In this document: positions 62,473 to 64,000 of the stretch, in pieces
Numbering within the stretch: the first letter of the stretch is position 1
Layout of the letters: the number at the start of each line of letters is the position of its first letter
Source of the DNA: an uncultured Gemmatimonadales bacterium
GTDB lineage: Bacteria > Gemmatimonadota > Gemmatimonadetes > Gemmatimonadales > GWC2-71-9
Assembly (NCBI GenBank): GCA_963739455.1
Contig: CAVUAK010000003.1
Coordinates: 416,001-480,000, forward strand
DNA length: 64,000 nucleotides
Reading direction: 5' to 3'
Translations under genes and position numbers: made by a program
Notes under the pieces: generated by a model
The model's database searches: none
Told to the model about the DNA's origin: nothing
The model's input: only the letters and a program-made list of their open reading frames with translations

Positions 62473-64000
62473 GCGACCCGGGGGCCGGGCCTCTCTCCGG
62501 GCGCGGCCTCGCCATCGTCGGCGCTGTCGCACAGCGCCTCAATTCCGGCGCGCCACAGGAAGAGACGGTGTCCGCCGTCGCCGAAACGCTCCGGACCCAG
62601 TTGCCGGCCGATGCCGTGGCGCTATGGGTGCACGAACCCAACGCGACGACATTCGTGCGCATCGGAAGCGGTGGCGGCATGGAGGGCGGGGCTCGCGTGC
62701 CGCGGCTCGACCAGCTCCCGGCCATGGCGCCCGGCGCGGAGCGCCTCGCCCTGGTGCACGACAGCGAGACGCTCGGCGTCCTCGAGGTGCATGGTGCGGC
62801 GCCCGAGGCGGGTGTGGTGCTGCGGGTCGTGGCGCACGTGCTGTCGCCATTCCTCGCGGCCGTCGAGCTGTCGGAAGACCTCGCGTATGAGGTCGCGTCG
62901 CAGTCGCGCGAGATCGAGGAACAGCGCCGCTTCACGTCGCTTGTCATCGACAGCCTGCCGGTCGGCTTGTACGTGGTCGACCGCGACTACCGAATCCAGG
63001 TGTGGAACCGCAAGCGCGAGACGGGCACCCAGGGCATCCCCCGCACCGAGGCAGTGGGGCGCCGCCTGTTCGAGGTGCTGACCCGCCACCCCGCCGTCGA
63101 GCTCAAGGCCGAGTTCGACCGCGTGTTCGAGACCGGTGCCATCGAGCAGGTGGAACTCGAGGTTCCGCAGGGCGGCGAGATGCGCTACTTCCGCACCACC
63201 AAGATCCCGATGCGGCTCGATGGCGAGGGCATCACCCACGTCATCACGATCGGCGAGGACGTCACCGAGTGGCGCGCGATCCAGGTGCAGATCATGCAGA
63301 GCGAGAAGCTTGCGGCCATCGGCCAGCTTGCCGCCGGCATCATGCACGAGGTGAACAACCCGCTCGCCACGATCGGGGCGTGCGTGGCGGCCATGGATGG
63401 CCGCATCGCCGAGCTTGGGCCGCAGCAGGCCATCCCGCTGCAGGAGTACCTGGAGATCATCGAGAAGGAAGTCCACCGATGCACCAGCATCGTGGACGGG
63501 TTGCTCGACTTCAGCCGGCCCAAGGGGAAGCGCAAGGCCCCGGTGCTCATCAACTCCGTGGTGGAGGACGCCCTCTTCCTCTTCAAGCACCATGAGCGCT
63601 ACCGGCAGTACGTCGTGGAAACGTCGCTCACGGACGGACTCGCCCCCGTGCACGGGAACGCGGAACAGCTGATCCAGATGCTCATGGCCCTGATGCTGAA
63701 CGCGCTCGACGCGATGGAGCCGGGCGGCCGCCTGACGCTGCGCACGGCGCGCACCCGCTGGCATTCGGACGAGGTCGTGGTGGAGGTCGAGGACACCGGC
63801 GAGGGGATCCCTTCCTCCGTTCGGCCCCGCATTTTCGAGCCGTTCTTCACCACCAAGCCCACCGGGCGCGGCACCGGTCTCGGCCTCTCCATCTGCTATG
63901 GCATCGTGGAGGAGCACCGCGGCCGCATCGAGGTGGACAGCCATTCGGGAGGGGGCAGCGTCTTCCGTGTCTTCCTGCCCACCGTGTCACCGGGTACCGA
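62469..64000 (+). CDS. PAS-domain NtrB-type sensor histidine kinase, 3' end off window
   Basis: Manual translation: [54 protein letters not shown]. Confidence 0.93.
   Translation, partial: MSDPGAGPLSGRGLAIVGAVAQRLNSGAPQEETVSAVAETLRTQLPADAVALWVHEPNATTFVRIGSGGGMEGGARVPRLDQLPAMAPGAERLALVHDSETLGVLEVHGAAPEAGVVLRVVAHVLSPFLAAVELSEDLAYEVASQSREIEEQRRFTSLVIDSLPVGLYVVDRDYRIQVWNRKRETGTQGIPRTEAVGRRLFEVLTRHPAVELKAEFDRVFETGAIEQVELEVPQGGEMRYFRTTKIPMRLDGEGITHVITIGEDVTEWRAIQVQIMQSEKLAAIGQLAAGIMHEVNNPLATIGACVAAMDGRIAELGPQQAIPLQEYLEIIEKEVHRCTSIVDGLLDFSRPKGKRKAPVLINSVVEDALFLFKHHERYRQYVVETSLTDGLAPVHGNAEQLIQMLMALMLNALDAMEPGGRLTLRTARTRWHSDEVVVEVEDTGEGIPSSVRPRIFEPFFTTKPTGRGTGLGLSICYGIVEEHRGRIEVDSHSGGGSVFRVFLPTVSPGT

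Overview
GC-rich bacterial chromosomal window. The gene repertoire suggests Gemmatimonadota or a similar diderm lineage (inference: zf-HC2 anti-sigma, BlaI/M56-HEAT, ECF plus TPR Ser/Thr kinase, Oar-like TonB receptor). It holds about 60 CDSs and one tRNA-Ala(TGC); no CRISPR, rRNA, transposase or integrase was seen. Many genes carry single-base frameshifts, mostly +1 insertions, which look like long-read errors, so those genes were reconstructed across frames. Main findings: (1) a four-gene candidate sphingolipid operon (Spt, GNAT ceramide synthase-like, SDR reductase, AUR1/IPC-synthase-like PAP2); (2) a BlaI / M56-HEAT / exported HEAT system whose two HEAT proteins share a C-terminal WPxPQPRPRPFP tail, with two matching operators; (3) a stand-alone periplasmic SoxY-SoxZ-degenerate MBL-rhodanese module; (4) a one-gene islet bounded by a tRNA-Ala 3' duplication; (5) a DosS-type GAF kinase paired with an OmpR-family regulator, a P1B-5 ATPase and a USP; (6) repeated regulatory motifs and 7-nt-periodic hairpins. 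Redox-repair genes are abundant (msrA, two msrB, MsrP-like/cytochrome b, Gpx, SOD, Prx). All family calls come from motif recognition by eye; no database search was run.
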